A DNA stretch of 63,350 bases, filler included, from Octopus bimaculoides (GCF_001194135.2; 6 parts of 6 records of this genome joined end to end with filler, not necessarily neighbours in it), one strand, 5' to 3'; counted from the first letter of the whole stretch, positions 38,521 to 52,010 are shown. Program-made: numbers and translations. The notes: generated by a model not told the origin, from the letters alone.

Positions 38521-41500
38521 AATTATCATCTCCATTCCTTAGAATATCGGCCCTCCAAGAATATCCTTCCAAGAATATCGGCCCTCCAAGAATATCCTTC
38601 CAGGAATATCTAGAATCTTCTCTGTGTTCATGTCTTTCCTGCAGGTGTTGACTGGCAAAACTGTAAACGAAACATTAATGGCATTAAGTTTACTGGTCTA
38701 AGGGATTCTGCAAATGTCAACGACATTGGTCCTTCCTCTACATTCAGCAAGTAAAAAATAATATCAATTAACAGGCTCTCAATGCCCAAAACTCACCGTT
38801 AGGATAGTGATTCCCTTGCAAAGCTTTAATCATTGAAAAAATCGCCACCTCTGATTACAAAAAGTCGCTTTTTCTGTTCTGCCGAGGGGTATAAATGTGA
38901 TGTTAACCAGCTTTTGAGTCATCTAATTCGAATTCAGTTAATAGTTTTCTTCTTTCTCTCTTTAACTTTGGATTCTTGAACTTCCAGCTTATCTCATAAA
39001 AGCTCTAAAATACTTTTGGGGTTGTCAAGTTGTTTATTGTTTTTATTTTCAGTCTTTCCTTTTGAAATGCATTTGTCCAATTTCATTGGTCCCCAGTTCA
39101 TCATTTCTCTGTTCTTAATTCTTCTATTGAATGTTTTATTTCATTGCCAGTTTTTGCTAACTTGGTTAACCAGCATCGATTGACAGTAGTCCTGGGTACA
39201 TTTCTCAATCTCAATTTCTGAACTGAAGTAAGAGCTGGGAATCGTGTTCCCATTAAAACCGATACAGTAAATAAAATATATAGACATAGGAATATAAGAT
39301 GCATAGTCTATAACGATATCGAATTTGATAGCATTAGGTTAAACTGTCCTCTTTCCCGAATCAAGAAACTTCAGCGAAGTAAATGACTTCGAGTCATTTA
39401 CTTAAACACCCGATACAAAATATTCATGGAAATGCTGAAAGGAAACATGAAAAATCATGCTTGTCGCCGAATGCCAAGAACGCTAGAAATCAAATAGACA
39501 AGAACCAGGAACCACTCAGTAAAGTGGGTCAATTGATAAATAACAGGATGAAATATGAAACTACGAGCCAGCATAGAAATCTGTCAGAAAGCCCACATGA
39601 TGTCACGGGTTTACCTGAGCAGGAGTCTGCCCTGATAAAGAAGTTAGATGATGTGTGTTGTCGAAATTGCAATTATTTGCAAACAGAAAAAAATCTGCTC
39701 CGACTCAACTACACGGAGGCTCTGCAATTGATACACCTTAGGGATTGCACTGGAAAAAGAACCATTTGCCAATTCATTTACGATTTGAAAGCACAACAAA
39801 AAATCCACTCTCAGTTGAAGCTTGATAATAATAATATTGTAAAGCATACAGCAAATGGCATATGGGCATATTACGGCATCAAAACGAATGTAGAGACAAA
39901 CTATATTAGATAACTAATAGGAAAAGCAGCAGAGCTTGAGGTTCTATTAGAAGAAATACTTGATCTACAAATAAAATATCTAAAAATATTTTGATTGTGA
40001 GCGAACATGAAATATTAGACAAAATGAAAATAATGACATCGAAGGCTGAATGCAATCTTTGATCAAACTAGAATTATTGAAGAAAATTCTATTGAAAGTT
40101 GTAAACAGTAGGCTAGTTCCACCGACTGCATTTGTGTAAAATATGCTTCAGTTCACAAGACTAACTCTGGAAAGGATGGATGGAAGTATTCATAGAATGT
40201 TGTAAGAGAATCTTTTAGTAAATAACTGAAGGTTTAAAAGTTGTTTATGACAGCAAAAAATAGAGATGGAAGTATTGAGAATGTTGATGAGTATACAAGG
40301 AAGCAATAATTAGTGGGACAAATAACAAAGCAATGAAAAATATGCGAGAGGATAAGTAGCATTCAATGGAGATGAAAGACAAGATCAGTAAAAAAAAAAA
40401 AACTACTCTATTTAAAGAGTTGAAGATAAATTGCGCAGTACCAAAGGCAAAATGAAATTTGGTGATTTGGAGATTTGAATAAATGGAAAAAGAATTATTG
40501 CACATGGAAGACTGATGATTTCTGAAAAAGAATTAACAAAAGAGCTCAGAGTAACTAAAGGTTAAGTTTGTATGAAGATAAAACTACAGAGTAAAGTGCC
40601 TTTAATAGTTTAAATGAAAATGGCAATGAATGGCTGAACTGTAATCTCGATTCTAGAAAACATGTTCTTTCATTAACATGAAGAAAAAATATGGAAAGGA
40701 GAACGTTGCAGAAATTGAGAATAATCGAAGTGAATAAGTTGTGGAGGCGATACAAGGAAAAACTGTTCGTCTGCTGTTTGAATGTCAAATACTTGTTGGA
40801 ATGATTATGTTAAAGACTATAAAAACACATTGATGATATTAGGTGTAGCTTGAGTGAAGTAAGAATTAGTTGGAGAAACGGTGGAATAGAGGGTTTGTAT
40901 TGGGAAATGTTCGTATCTTTAACACTACAAATGTAAGTAAATGCATCTTCTAATGCAGGAAGTATAATAATATATGACATTTAGAACAAAAAGCTTGCAA
41001 ACAAGAATAGAAAAGAAGTGAAGAAGAAATGGTAGTTTCGTATTAAAATCTTTGTAGTATTTAATTACATCCAAATACATTTCCTATTCAAGTTATTCTA
41101 CATTCCTTTTAACTTCCATCCCATTTCGGATCAATAAAAAAGCATAAGTAACTATAATCTACTGAGGTCGATTCAATGGTGTGTTTTCTTTCAATTTTTA
41201 ATTAATTTTAATTAAATGGCACAGGTGTAGCTGTGTGGTAAGAAGTTTGCTTCCTAACCACATGGCTCCGGGTTCAGTCCCACTGCGTGAAACCTTGGGC
41301 AAGTGTCTTCTGCTATAGCCTCGGGCTGACCAAAGCCTTGTGAGAAACAGGGACCAATGTAATTTCAGGCCCTCACAGGTACGTCTGATGTTCAGTTTGA
41401 ATTTTGCAGGACTAATGCAGGCACATTTTGGTACTGCTCGCATTCGTGAGATAGAGCAGCTTCAAAAATATAGATATATACAGATACATACACTCACACA

Positions 41501-41659
41501 CGCACATACATGCATAACTACATACATATAACGACATAATTGACGAAATGAATTTATCTTCGTTTCTATTAAACATAGTCTTATATTCTTCATCTCAATA
41601 GATATTTTCGTTAATGATTTACATCCCCTCAATCTTACCTCTTTCTTTCTTTCTTTCCT

Positions 41660-41690
<31 letters not shown>

Positions 41691-42819
41691 CTCACTCTTC
41701 TCACTTTATATCTGTCAGTCTTTCTTTCTTGCTCGTTTTTTAGTACCCCGTTACTTCCCAGCTGTCCGCCCCACCCCACGACTTGTCTCCTGTCCTTTCT
41801 CCAAGTTAACTTCCCAGACTGCACACCTTTAACATTTCTGTATGTCCCACAGGCTGTATTTTCACAAAAGTATTTTCTTAATTGTCCTCTATGCTAACAT
41901 TATTTCTGCTTGTTTCTGTCCCAAGTCGAAAGTTTCTTTTATTTTTAAGTCCTAATATTCTTTTCTGCATTTTTTACCCCAGCCTAATGTCACTGATTAA
42001 TGTTTTAGTCGCAAGAATTCGTTTTCTTCTCTCTTCTACCTTTGTGTTTTCCAGTTAAAGGATATCGTGCTTTCAGAGCCGAAATCGTAATGATCCTTGA
42101 TAACAATACTGCTGACGAAACGGGCTTGTCCTCATTTTAATTTGGCTTTGATTGTCGTCCACGACTTTCACTGTTATTTACACATATGAATTTATACACA
42201 TGTACATATATTCATATATTTATACATGTATATAAACATGTATTTGTAGATACACACACATATACATGTATATATACATATATATATATATAGATATGCA
42301 GGGCAGGGAATCATCAATTAGTAATAAAATTAATAATTAACAATTCTGCCGGGTAGCTCAGTATGAAAAAAACCTTCTTCGGTAAAAATTTATAATCATA
42401 AATATATAGGGATTGACAGTAACCTGCTTCTCCAACATACTGAGAATTCAGAAATAGCAGTCAAAGAACTACTGATTTCAAAACTACAAATTATTACTCC
42501 AGATTGATAGCGATATTTNNNNNNNNNNNNNNNNNNNNNNNNNNNNNNNNNNNNNNNNNNNNNNNNNNNNNNNNNNNNNNNNNNNNNNNNNNNNNNNNNN
42601 NNNNNNNNNNNNNNNNNNNNNNNNNNNNNNNNNNNNNNNNNNNNNNNNNNNNNNNNNNNNNNNNNNNNNNNNNNNNNNNNNNNNNNNNNNNNNNNNNNNN
42701 NNNNNNNNNNAATCTTCAAGTCCGTCTACGAGTGATTGTGAATCAGCAATCGCATCTACAAACGATGGTATGCGCGAGTCTAGTGCAAATGAAAATGATT
42801 CAGAAAACGATTATAATAG

Positions 42820-43060
42820 TAATATTTTTATTTACATTTCACGGATATTTGTTCTCATCTTGTTTGTTGTTAACACAACGTCTCGGCTGATATACCCTCC
42901 AGCCTTCATCAGATGTCTTGGGGAAATTTCGAACCTGGGTTCTCGTTCCTAAGGTATTTTTCGATGCTATTATTATTATTATTATTATTCAGGACACTGC
43001 CTGGAATCGAACTCGGAAATTTGGGGTTAGTAGACCGCGCTCTTAACCACTGCGCCATTT
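42820..43060 (-). mobile_element. tRNA-headed SINE-like element with (TAA)n spacer and hammerhead-bearing body
   Basis: Minus strand: TGGCGCAGTGGTTAAGAGCGC (A box), GAGTTCGATTCC (B box), (TAA)n, then the CTGATGA...GAGAC motif. Confidence 0.65.
42872..42918 (-). ncRNA. Degenerate minimal hammerhead motif inside a SINE-like element
   Basis: Minus strand: AGACAT-CTGATGA-A-GGCTG-GAGGGTATAT-CAGCC-GAGA-CGTT-GTGTT. Stem II GGCTG/CAGCC, stem I GACAT/GTGTT, palindromic ACGT stem III; GAGA replaces GAAA. Confidence 0.5.
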
Positions 43061-43367
43061 CTTAAACACAGAACTGGAATAATATTTTTTTATTATAAAT
43101 AATCTTGACATTCTTTTTACTCTACATACAATATTCTATACATTCTACTGTTGTTTTATTGCCATTTATTTACGAGTATTAGAAATTTTATAAGAAAAAA
43201 TATTTTTCTGGGAACGAATTACGATTTATAACATTGCAACTATGGGAAATTATTGCGCTGCTTTACAAGTTTTCGCTTTGAGAACGGTCTCCGGGAATAA
43301 ATTAACTCGTACATCAAGGCATTACTGTATATTGGTAGACAAACACATACATTTATATCTATATCTA

Positions 43368-43482
<115 letters not shown>

Positions 43483-44269
43483 GTGCTTGTTTGTGTGTTT
43501 GTGTGTGTCTGTATGTGTGTGCGCGCGTGTGTTTGTCTTTGTGATGTGTTGACAGTCGGTGTTGGTTTGTTTAAGCCCCTGTAGGGTAACGGTTCAGCAA
43601 AAGCGACCAATAGAATAAGTATCAAGCTTTAAAAATGTCCTGGTGTCAATTCCTCCAACTAAAAATTCTTCAAGGTAGTGCCCCCAGCATGGCCACAGTC
43701 TCATGGTTGAAACAAGTAAGAGTGAAAAGGTAAAAAGTTTTTTTAAAAAATTATTTGCCTCAAAAGTTGCAATACATCCTTCACATGATCCGATGAATTT
43801 TTTGGAGAAAAACATTTTTTACGAAGAAAAGCTAAACTCCGAAAATTTCCAGATTATCATATTTTATCCCCAAATGGGAAATATCTCAGAAAATATTAAA
43901 ATCGCACGTACAGAAAATAGACGATGGAGTATTTTGAACTTGGTCTATATTACAAAGAAAAAAGTTTAAAAGAAGTATTTAAAATGATAAGTATAACTTT
44001 AATGTTTCTGTTAAATAGAAAGATACAAGAGTTGTCTTTAATGTTTAAATCGAAAGTTGTGCGTAAATAGCTCTAACTACAACTTGGATAGATGGATAAA
44101 ATCATGTGTTTGAAAATATTTTATGTTAGATTTCTCTTCAAAGAGAAAAACAATGTAATGTTAATATTGATATTAAAAATATGCTGTGCTTCGTGAAGCA
44201 AGTACAATATGTTATTAAATCTCCAAGCTAGCGAAGGGAAGAAAATCCCTATTTCTCTGCCAAGTTTAT

Positions 44270-44520
44270 AAGAGAAGAGATGGGTTTGTATTTCAAAAAA
44301 ATTGGTTCTATTACTACAAGTACCGCTAAAAGAATAGTGAAATTCTTAGTTCTTCATGAAGGGAAGAAAAACCGGCAAGCGAGCATAGATGTCTCGAACG
44401 CCAGATATTTATCTGGAAGGGTTATTATATGAAAGTTGAATGATGCTGGTTTTCTCGTAAAAGAGGCTAGGAAGCCTTTGTTAACCAAGAAAACATTAAG
44501 GGTAGGATGTAAATTTTGGA
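44270..44520 (+). mobile_element. Possible Tc1 transposase N-terminal remnant
   Basis: KLNDAGFLVKEARKPLLTKK resembles the Tc1 RRL.E.GL...RKKPLLT motif; heavily decayed. Confidence 0.35.
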
Positions 44521-44674
44521 TAACTGATGCCTCAGAATATTGCCATCGTAGTATATTTTAACATATGTGAAGGATGGAAGAGGTGACATCAAAGCGCATT
44601 TATTATTGCTATTTTGTTATTTAAAAAAACTAGCACGCCTATATGTTTGTATACCTCCATGTATATCATCATGT

Positions 44675-45022
44675 GTGGAGCGCAATGGCCCAGTGGTTAG
44701 GACAGCAGACCCGCGGTCGTAGGATCGCGGTTTCGATTCCCAGACCGGGCGTTGTGAGTGTTTATTGAGCGAAAACACCTAAAGCTCCACAAGGCTCCGG
44801 CAGGGAATGGTGGCGAATCCTGCTGTACTCTTTCACCACAACTTTCTCTTGCTCTTACTTCCTGTTTCTGTTGTGCCTGTAATTCAAAGATTCAGCCTTG
44901 TCACGCTGTGTCACGCTGAATATCCCCGAGAACTACGTTAAAGGTACACGTGTCTGTCGAGTGCTCAGCCACTTGCACGTTAATTTCACGAGCAGGCTGT
45001 TCCGTTGATCGGATCAACTGGA
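44675..45022 (+). mobile_element. SINE family A, cut by gap
   Basis: A and B boxes and family A body. Confidence 0.85.
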
Positions 45023-46129
45023 NNNNNNNNNNNNNNNNNNNNNNNNNNNNNNNNNNNNNNNNNNNNNNNNNNNNNNNNNNNNNNNNNNNNNNNNNNNNNN
45101 NNNNNNNNNNNNNNNNNNNNNNNNNNNNNNNNNNNNNNNNNNNNNNNNNNNNNNNNNNNNNNNNNNNNNNNNNNNNNNNNNNNNNNNNNNNNNNNNNNNN
45201 NNNNNNNNNNNNNNNNNNNNNNNNNNNNNNNNNNNNNNNNNNNNNNNNNNNNNNNNNNNNNNNNNNNNNNNNNNNNNNNNNNNNNNNNNNNNNNNNNNNN
45301 NNNNNNNNNNNNNNNNNNNNNNNNNNNNNNNNNNNNNNNNNNNNNNNNNNNNNNNNNNNNNNNNNNNNNNNNNNNNNNNNNNNNNNNNNNNNNNNNNNNN
45401 NNNNNNNNNNNNNNNNNNNNNNNNNNNNNNNNNNNNNNNNNNNNNNNNNNNNNNNNNNNNNNNNNNNNNNNNNNNNNNNNNNNNNNNNNNNNNNNNNNNN
45501 NNNNNNNNNNNNNNNNNNNNNNNNNNNNNNNNTATATATATATTTATATATATATATATATAAATTGACTCAGTTAAGTGTGACATGTAACCAAAAATCG
45601 GGCTCAGGAGTCCACATTCCATTGCAGTATCCACTGTCGTATGACGCAGGGCGTCAACCTCAGGATATGCTAGTGTGCAGAATACGGTCCAAATAACAGA
45701 AATAACAAAAAGCAGAGAACAGGTACGGTATTCAGTACTTTATAGGACATACACGCGTTTCATGAAAATGCCGAAATAATTACATTACAGTTCTAGAAAC
45801 ATTACTCAATCATGCACTTCACCTCATTGGTATCAGCAATAGATATTGCAATAGATATCGGAACTCTGATGCGGTAAAATGCATGATTGTATGATGTTTC
45901 TACAACTGTGATGCTATTATTTCGGTATTTTGATGCAGTGCGTGTATGTCTTATAAAGCATTGCCTGCCATGTCTGTTTTCTCATCATCGTCATCATCAT
46001 CGTCGTCATCGTCGTCGTCATCATCATCATTATCACCAATAATATTAATATGCTAAGTTTTATTTTTTTACATACGTACGTACCTTTGGTGTGTGTCCCA
46101 CTTACTTCGAAGGAAGAGGTACAAAGAAA

Positions 46130-46555
46130 AAGAGAAATAAAATGTGTTAAGCAGAGAAGGTATAGTTGAAGTGAGTGGCAAAGCGGAAGAGAGGAGGGAT
46201 AAAGAGGAAGCGAGAGAGACAGTGAGTGGTGACTGAAAGGAAGGTGGCGTTCTTTTTTTTAAATGTTTGTCAGTATTTTCAGAATAGACTGATGCATACA
46301 TCGAAAGAAAAGGAGATACATACATAGCTACATACATTGTTAAATTAAAAGCGTGAGAGAGGAGAGACAGAGAGGAAGTGAGACAGAAGGAGAGAGAGAG
46401 TGAGAGACAGTAAGTTGGTGACTGAAAGGAAGGTGGCATTCGTTTTGTGTTTTTAAATGTTTATCAGTATTTTCAGAGTAGACTGATACACACATCGAAA
46501 GAACAGTAGATATATACATCGAAAGAAAAGTAGATACATAGATACATTGTTAAAA
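46130..46555. repeat. Imperfect ~190-nt tandem duplication
   Basis: GAGACAGT.AGT.GGTGACTGAAAGGAAGGTGGC...CATTGTTAAA at ~46216 and ~46404. Confidence 0.8.
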
Positions 46556-47099
46556 CAAAGACAAATAGCAACAGCAAATATTGTAGGTCACTTTCACTTT
46601 TTATTACCACACGAGGATATAATTAACGTGCAAGTGGCTGAGTACTCCACAAACATGCATACCATAAACGTAGTTCTCGGGGAGATTTAGCCTCACGCAG
46701 ACTGTGACGAGGCTAACTTCTTTGTCTTACAGCTACAACTAATTTTGGCCAGCTGAGTGGACTGAAGCAAGATAAACCTTCAAGTGGTTGGAAGAAAACA
46801 AAAAAAAGATCCTATACAGAGGCAGAAAAATGTTTTAAGTTGTTAGGGTCACTATGGGCGTTAAACAGCGACATTCGTGGGTCTAAACAGCGGCATTCGT
46901 GGGTCTCATAGATCTGAAGGCCAAGCCCCCAGATAAACACCGATGCGCAGGTTGTTGTTATCAAACTGAGCGTGAATCAAGGGTGAATACACAACAGAAT
47001 AGCAATTATTTCGTCTTATCTTTCACTACTTATACTAAACACATGACATTTTGCCTTTCTATATGAAACATTTCTTGTTCTTTCACTCTTTTTGAAAAA

Positions 47100-47420
47100 C
47101 GGCACTCCGTCGGTTACGACGACGACGTTCCTGTTTATCTGATTAACAGAACAGTCTGCTTGTAAAATTAACGCGCAAGTGGCTGAGTACTCCACAGACA
47201 TGCATACCATTAACGTAGTTCTCAGGGAGATTCAGCCTCACACAGAATGTAACAAGGCTGGCCCCTTTGAATTACAGCTACAACTCATTTTTGCCAGCTG
47301 AGTGAACAGCAGCAAGGTGATGTAGAGTGCCTTGCTCAAGAATACAACGCGCCGCCGGGAATCGTACGCATGACCTTACGATCGTGAGCCGAATACTCCT
47401 AACCACTGAGCCACGCACCT
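47100..47420 (-). mobile_element. Chimeric SINE: family B head/core with family A 3' tail
   Basis: Minus strand: tRNA-like head, CACTCAGCTGGCAAAAATGAGT, then GTAATTCAAAGGGCCAGCC...GTCGTAACCGACGGAGTGCC. Partial related copy at ~46620-46765. Confidence 0.75.
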
Positions 47421-47689
47421 TCACTCTCTTAACCGTAGAGAAAAGCAGTGATGTGATAGAGACAGGGAAAGGAAAGCCTCAGTCATTTAAAATGGTAATA
47501 AGACTGAAATACGATCGATCTTTTCTAGCTTCTTTACTTTTAACAATGAAGAAGAGGGAGAGCTTTAGTAATGAATAGAGGGGAAAGTCTTTCAGGTATT
47601 TAGGTTTTCATTCTGGGAGTTCTAGAAGGATTGAATGTTAGTTCTTTCTTCTTTCCTCCCACCCCCGGTAGTTGCGAGGAAAGACCATG

Positions 47690-48125
47690 TGTGCGTGATA
47701 TGGTGATCTCATATCAAGATAAACAACGCATGACCTTACAGGTGGGGCCCAGTTAGAATTTCCTTCGGGTCAAGTAGCCCATCCTACTCATAAAGTCCTT
47801 GAATAAGGGATGTTTAAGGATGCTGAATGAAGCAGCCATATTTCCAGAGGTGAGTTATTCAAACCCTAAAGAATTCCTCTCAACACATGGCTATGATCAG
47901 CTCGTGATCAGAGATGCACATATCATCATCCACTAAGGGACATGCTCAACTGGTCAAAGTCAAGCAACAGACAAGCAAATCTGTGGTATTAAGCAGAATA
48001 TTTGCTGTAGGCCATCTTTTATACCAGGACAAAACATGTACACGATGACACAATCAGTTAAGATCATCAGCCATGAGACCCAGTGCTTGGTACTGCATCG
48101 GGGCATTTATTATTATTATTATTGT
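47690..48125 (+). mobile_element. Unclassified retroposon family F ending GGGCATTT(ATT)n
   Basis: Shared sequence with ~10595-10735 (-), 35574-35760 (+), 60300-60440 (-); 3' end runs into (ATT)n. Confidence 0.65.
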
Positions 48126-48225
48126 TGTTGTTGTTGTTGTTAAGTACCAGTAAAACACTGGGGTCGATGTAATCGACCAGTACCGTCCCCCCAAATTTCA
48201 GATCTTGTGCCTTTAGTAGGAGGGA

Positions 48226-48700
48226 TTATTATTATGTTGTTGTTTTTTCTTCTTTCTTCAAATTTTCTTCCATTTCTCGCCGAGTGTTTTCCGTACACCT
48301 AGGGCAGAGAGGCAAATTCGCAGGTAAGATGTATTTTAAAAAAAATTAATAAATAAATAAATTCATGAATGGATAATGCTCTTCTCAGTACATGAGTTGT
48401 TCCAGTTAACACGATTTTTTTGCACTTCCTGTAGGGATGGTAAGCCTGGTATCATTTTCAAATAGGTTTCAGTACCTTTTTTTTTAATCATTCCTAGGGA
48501 TCCTACAATCACTGGTATGGTAGTCGCCTTGAGGTGCCACATTTTTTCAATTTCTATTATCAAGTCTTTATATTTACTGATCTTGTCAAATTCTTTCGCC
48601 GCTATATTATGATCGCAAGGAATACTCATGTCAATTAATAAGCACTTCTACTTTGATCTTTTATAATAATATCCGATTTATTAGCTTTTATAGTTTTGTC
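48226..48700 (-). mobile_element. R4/Dong RLE 3' tail, third subfamily
   Basis: TDKTIKANKSDIIIKD..LIDMSIPCDHNIAAKEFDKISKYKDLIIEIEKMWHLKATTIPVIVGSLGMI; bounded by TAT/TGT repeats. Confidence 0.85.
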
Positions 48701-48701
48701 G

Positions 48702-48769
<68 letters not shown>

Positions 48770-49046
48770 TCTTTTTATCACAGATTTTGTTGGAACTCCT
48801 GGAGTCTTGCATGCGTAGCAGGCTTACTACCTGCAGCCTACGGTACCATGTTATCCGTTCTTTTCAGCTATCTCATGCTTTCCTGATTATTCTGGCCGCA
48901 CCAAGGAGGCAAACTTTTTGTAACAGTTCTACTGGGCACTCTATTCCGATTTCCTTTATATTCCTCTTGATGCCTTCTGATACTGTCTCCAAGGACCCGA
49001 CACTATCTTCACCTTCTTCATTTACCATAGCCGAGCTATTTCGTAC

Positions 49047-49047
<1 letters not shown>
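48770..49047 (-). mobile_element. R4/Dong RLE 3' tail, second subfamily
   Basis: YEIARLW.MKKVKIV...EIGIECPVELLQKVCLLGAARIIRK; bounded by (TAT)n on both sides. Confidence 0.75.
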
Positions 49048-49107
<60 letters not shown>

Positions 49108-49108
<1 letters not shown>

Positions 49109-49850
49109 TAATCTTAATTTTATCACGTGCTTTCACTGCACTACAGAGCCCAGCTCTGTGTGCCTTGGATATGTGCTGTTGTTTGTTGTGATGCTCTTAT
49201 TTTCGCTGTATTGAAAGTGCTTTACGTAGGATGTGTGCGGTGCCTAGTAGTGCTATTTTCTGTATGTTATATATACTTGTAAGTCCTTGTTATGTATTTG
49301 TCTCAATGTTTTTTTATCATACCTATTGCCCCTACTACAATAGGACTTGTTTCTGTTTTTAGGCTCCACATTAGAGTTACCTCTATTTCCAGATCTTTGT
49401 ATTTTGAAAGTTTCTCCTTTTCTTTTACAGAAACCTTGTCATTTGTTCGTATTGATACATCGATTAGAAAGCATTTTTATTTCTTAGTGATTTCTGACAA
49501 CTATACTCGACCTATTGGCCTTAATTTCTCATTTTCTGTGACCTTCTTTGGCGTGTGCCTATACCATTTTTTTACTGTTGTTATTCCATAGTGTTGGTAT
49601 AGCTTCCAGTGTATATAGGTCCCAGCTCTGTCGTGTCTGTGAATATATTCCTTCTTAGCCAGGACTGGAAAGCCAGAGACAATATGATTTATTGTTTCTT
49701 CTCCATTTCCACAGATTCTGCAGTTACTTGTATTTCTTTTCATAAGATGTTTTTGGCGATTTCTGGTGGGAAGGCTTTGATCTTGTGCTGCAATTAAAAA
49801 TCCTTCAGTTTCTGCTGTAGTGAGGGTGGGTGAAAGACTCACTCAATCAG
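49108..49850 (-). mobile_element. 5'-truncated R4/Dong element (zinc knuckle + restriction-like endonuclease)
   Basis: AETEGFLIAAQDQSL, CRICGNGEETINHIVSG..LAKKEYIHRHD, KCFLIDVS, KLSKYKDLE, QKIALLGTAHILRKAL; 3' UTR ends in (TAA)n. Confidence 0.85.
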
Positions 49851-49854
49851 GGCC

Positions 49855-50620
49855 ATAGAAGCTATAGATGCTTTCAAAATAATTTTCGAGTATTATTTGT
49901 GTCAGCTTATATTTTCGCTTTTTCAGTCCTTTCTTCAAGCTAATTATTTTTCATGGCCCTTAGTTATTTTTTTGTTTTTTTTCTAGATGGTTTATATGAA
50001 CGAAGAGCATCAGCTTTTTACTGTGTTTGAAGTTACTGATGACGGCTTTAATTATCTTATTTTTTCTTTCAAAGAAGGCCTTGGATTTCTTTATTTTCAT
50101 TGAACAAATACTGGCAGTGTTTACTTGGATGACCGAGTAACGTACAGAGTCACTTAAAAAAGCCCAGAAGCTCTTTGCATCGTTAGGATTGAAGGCTGTG
50201 TTGTTTAGTCTTTCAGAGTTGGTTTCAGAAAATGCTGTTTTGACATGTTGATGAGTAGAGAATCTCCGCTCTCAGCTTTCATGGTGGCAGCTTGCCCTAG
50301 GGGCATCTTCTGCTTCTAAATATCAACTTACTAACAATGAATCTACGAGCAGTGCAGTCTTCATCATTCAGATTCTGGCACCTGCGCATCACTAACACCT
50401 CGCCTTTTTACAATTACGTAGTCCAGGAGATACTAGCGCTGGGAGCGATGATGTAGCCAAGATATTCTGCAACTTACAGTTTAAGTTTGAAGCTGTATTT
50501 AGCACAATTTCTTGAAAGGTGGAGGCCATTGCTGTTAAAAGAACCCACTCCATGATGGCAAAAGACATGAAATCATGCAATCCTGTATCACTCCACATTG
50601 GCAAAGCAAAAATAACTTAT
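49855..50620 (-). mobile_element. Decayed RTE-clade LINE fragment (end of AP endonuclease to linker)
   Basis: Frame-shifted HHRSQR.YLLDYVIVKRR and ADTNNTRKLFESIYSFYGP, typical RTE motifs. Confidence 0.6.
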
Positions 50621-51289
50621 ATCAGGTCGATACAACTGAAAGCATAGAGTCATGGTAAAACTGATCTTTAGTCTCGCTTGACTTGGATATAGTGGAATAT
50701 ATGTACCAATAAATCTGCTATATTTATTGAATCTTTCAAGTGAATTCTCAGAGAATTAATCCTGTCATTTAACCCTTTGGAGACAGGTTTCACTCGAGCA
50801 GCAAGAGAACTTTTCATGGCAAAGCCAACACCGCTCCCTCTGGATTCTAACTTTTCAGCCCCCTTCTAGAACAACATTTCTTTCCACCGACCTCTCCAGC
50901 AACTCACATCTTACTAAGTACAACCATATCCAGAATATAGCATGCAACTTCCAAAGCTATTAGTGCAGTTATCCAGGATTGTCTTTATTATCTTGAATGG
51001 TTTGAATGTTCCACGATCCGATCATCAATAATTTGTCTTCTTTTTTTCTGACTGCACAGCTGCTGTTTCCATTGGTTGTAGTAAACAATTCAGGATTGGG
51101 TAGAATAAGTTTTGTTTAGACAACGTTTCGAGCTCCTTCTCTATTTGGGGGATCAACGAAGTTCTGAAGAAGATTGCTTAGTTACTCTGTATGTTGCTGA
51201 ATCCTGCTTCCATATCAATTTGAGGGGGAAGGGACTAAAAGCCCAAATCAGAGCTGGTGAATCATCTGATGGAATATCTTGCCGTTTCT

Positions 51290-52010
51290 CTAGGCCCTGT
51301 GTTCAAATCTTGCAGAGGTCAATTTTTACCTTTCATCGTTTAAATACAAATAAAAAACATTCTTGCATGTTCAACAGATGGTGCTGCAACTATGGTTGGG
51401 CCATTCACTGCATCATCCATCAACAACATTTAATCGCAAAAAACATGTCTCCACGTCGAAACGCTTCTCTAGCCACCGTGATTGCAACTGTGAACAAAAT
51501 CAAAGCTCACGCGTTGAATTCTCGACTTGTCAAATAGTTGTGTTCTGAAAACGACGAAGAATTTGAGAGGCTACTACTGTACACAGAGGTGTGACAGCTT
51601 TCTAAAGGAAACTGCTTTGCTCGCCTTTCCTCGCTCTTTACCTGTGTCGTTAATTTCTTACAGTTAGTGGATCAAGCCCCACATTGCCTACTTGGCTGAT
51701 ATTCTCGCGAGGTTCAACAAGCTGAACCTCCAGCTGCAAGGTAATGAAACCAACCTCATCAAATCCAAATCCGCCATCTCTAGTTTCACGGCGAAACTTC
51801 CCTTTTACCAGTGAAATATTGGATGCAAAGGCTTCTGTCAATTTCCAAGCCTTTGAGAACTGGGAGAATACCCATCTGATGATACGCTTCTCCTTTTCAC
51901 AGAGCATCTCAGGAGCGTTGAAGCTGACATGAAACTGTCTTTTCAGGATTTGTCAGATCTGGAAATCCCACCTTGGATCTTGGACCCTTTTCAGATCATA
52001 GACATCGACA
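51290..52010 (+). mobile_element. Decayed hAT (Charlie/Buster-type) transposase fragment
   Basis: ACSTDGAATMVG, AIHCIIHQQHLIAK, LLLYTEV..LSKGNC, FNKLNLQLQG, LEIPPWILDPF, with stops and frameshifts. Confidence 0.8.
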
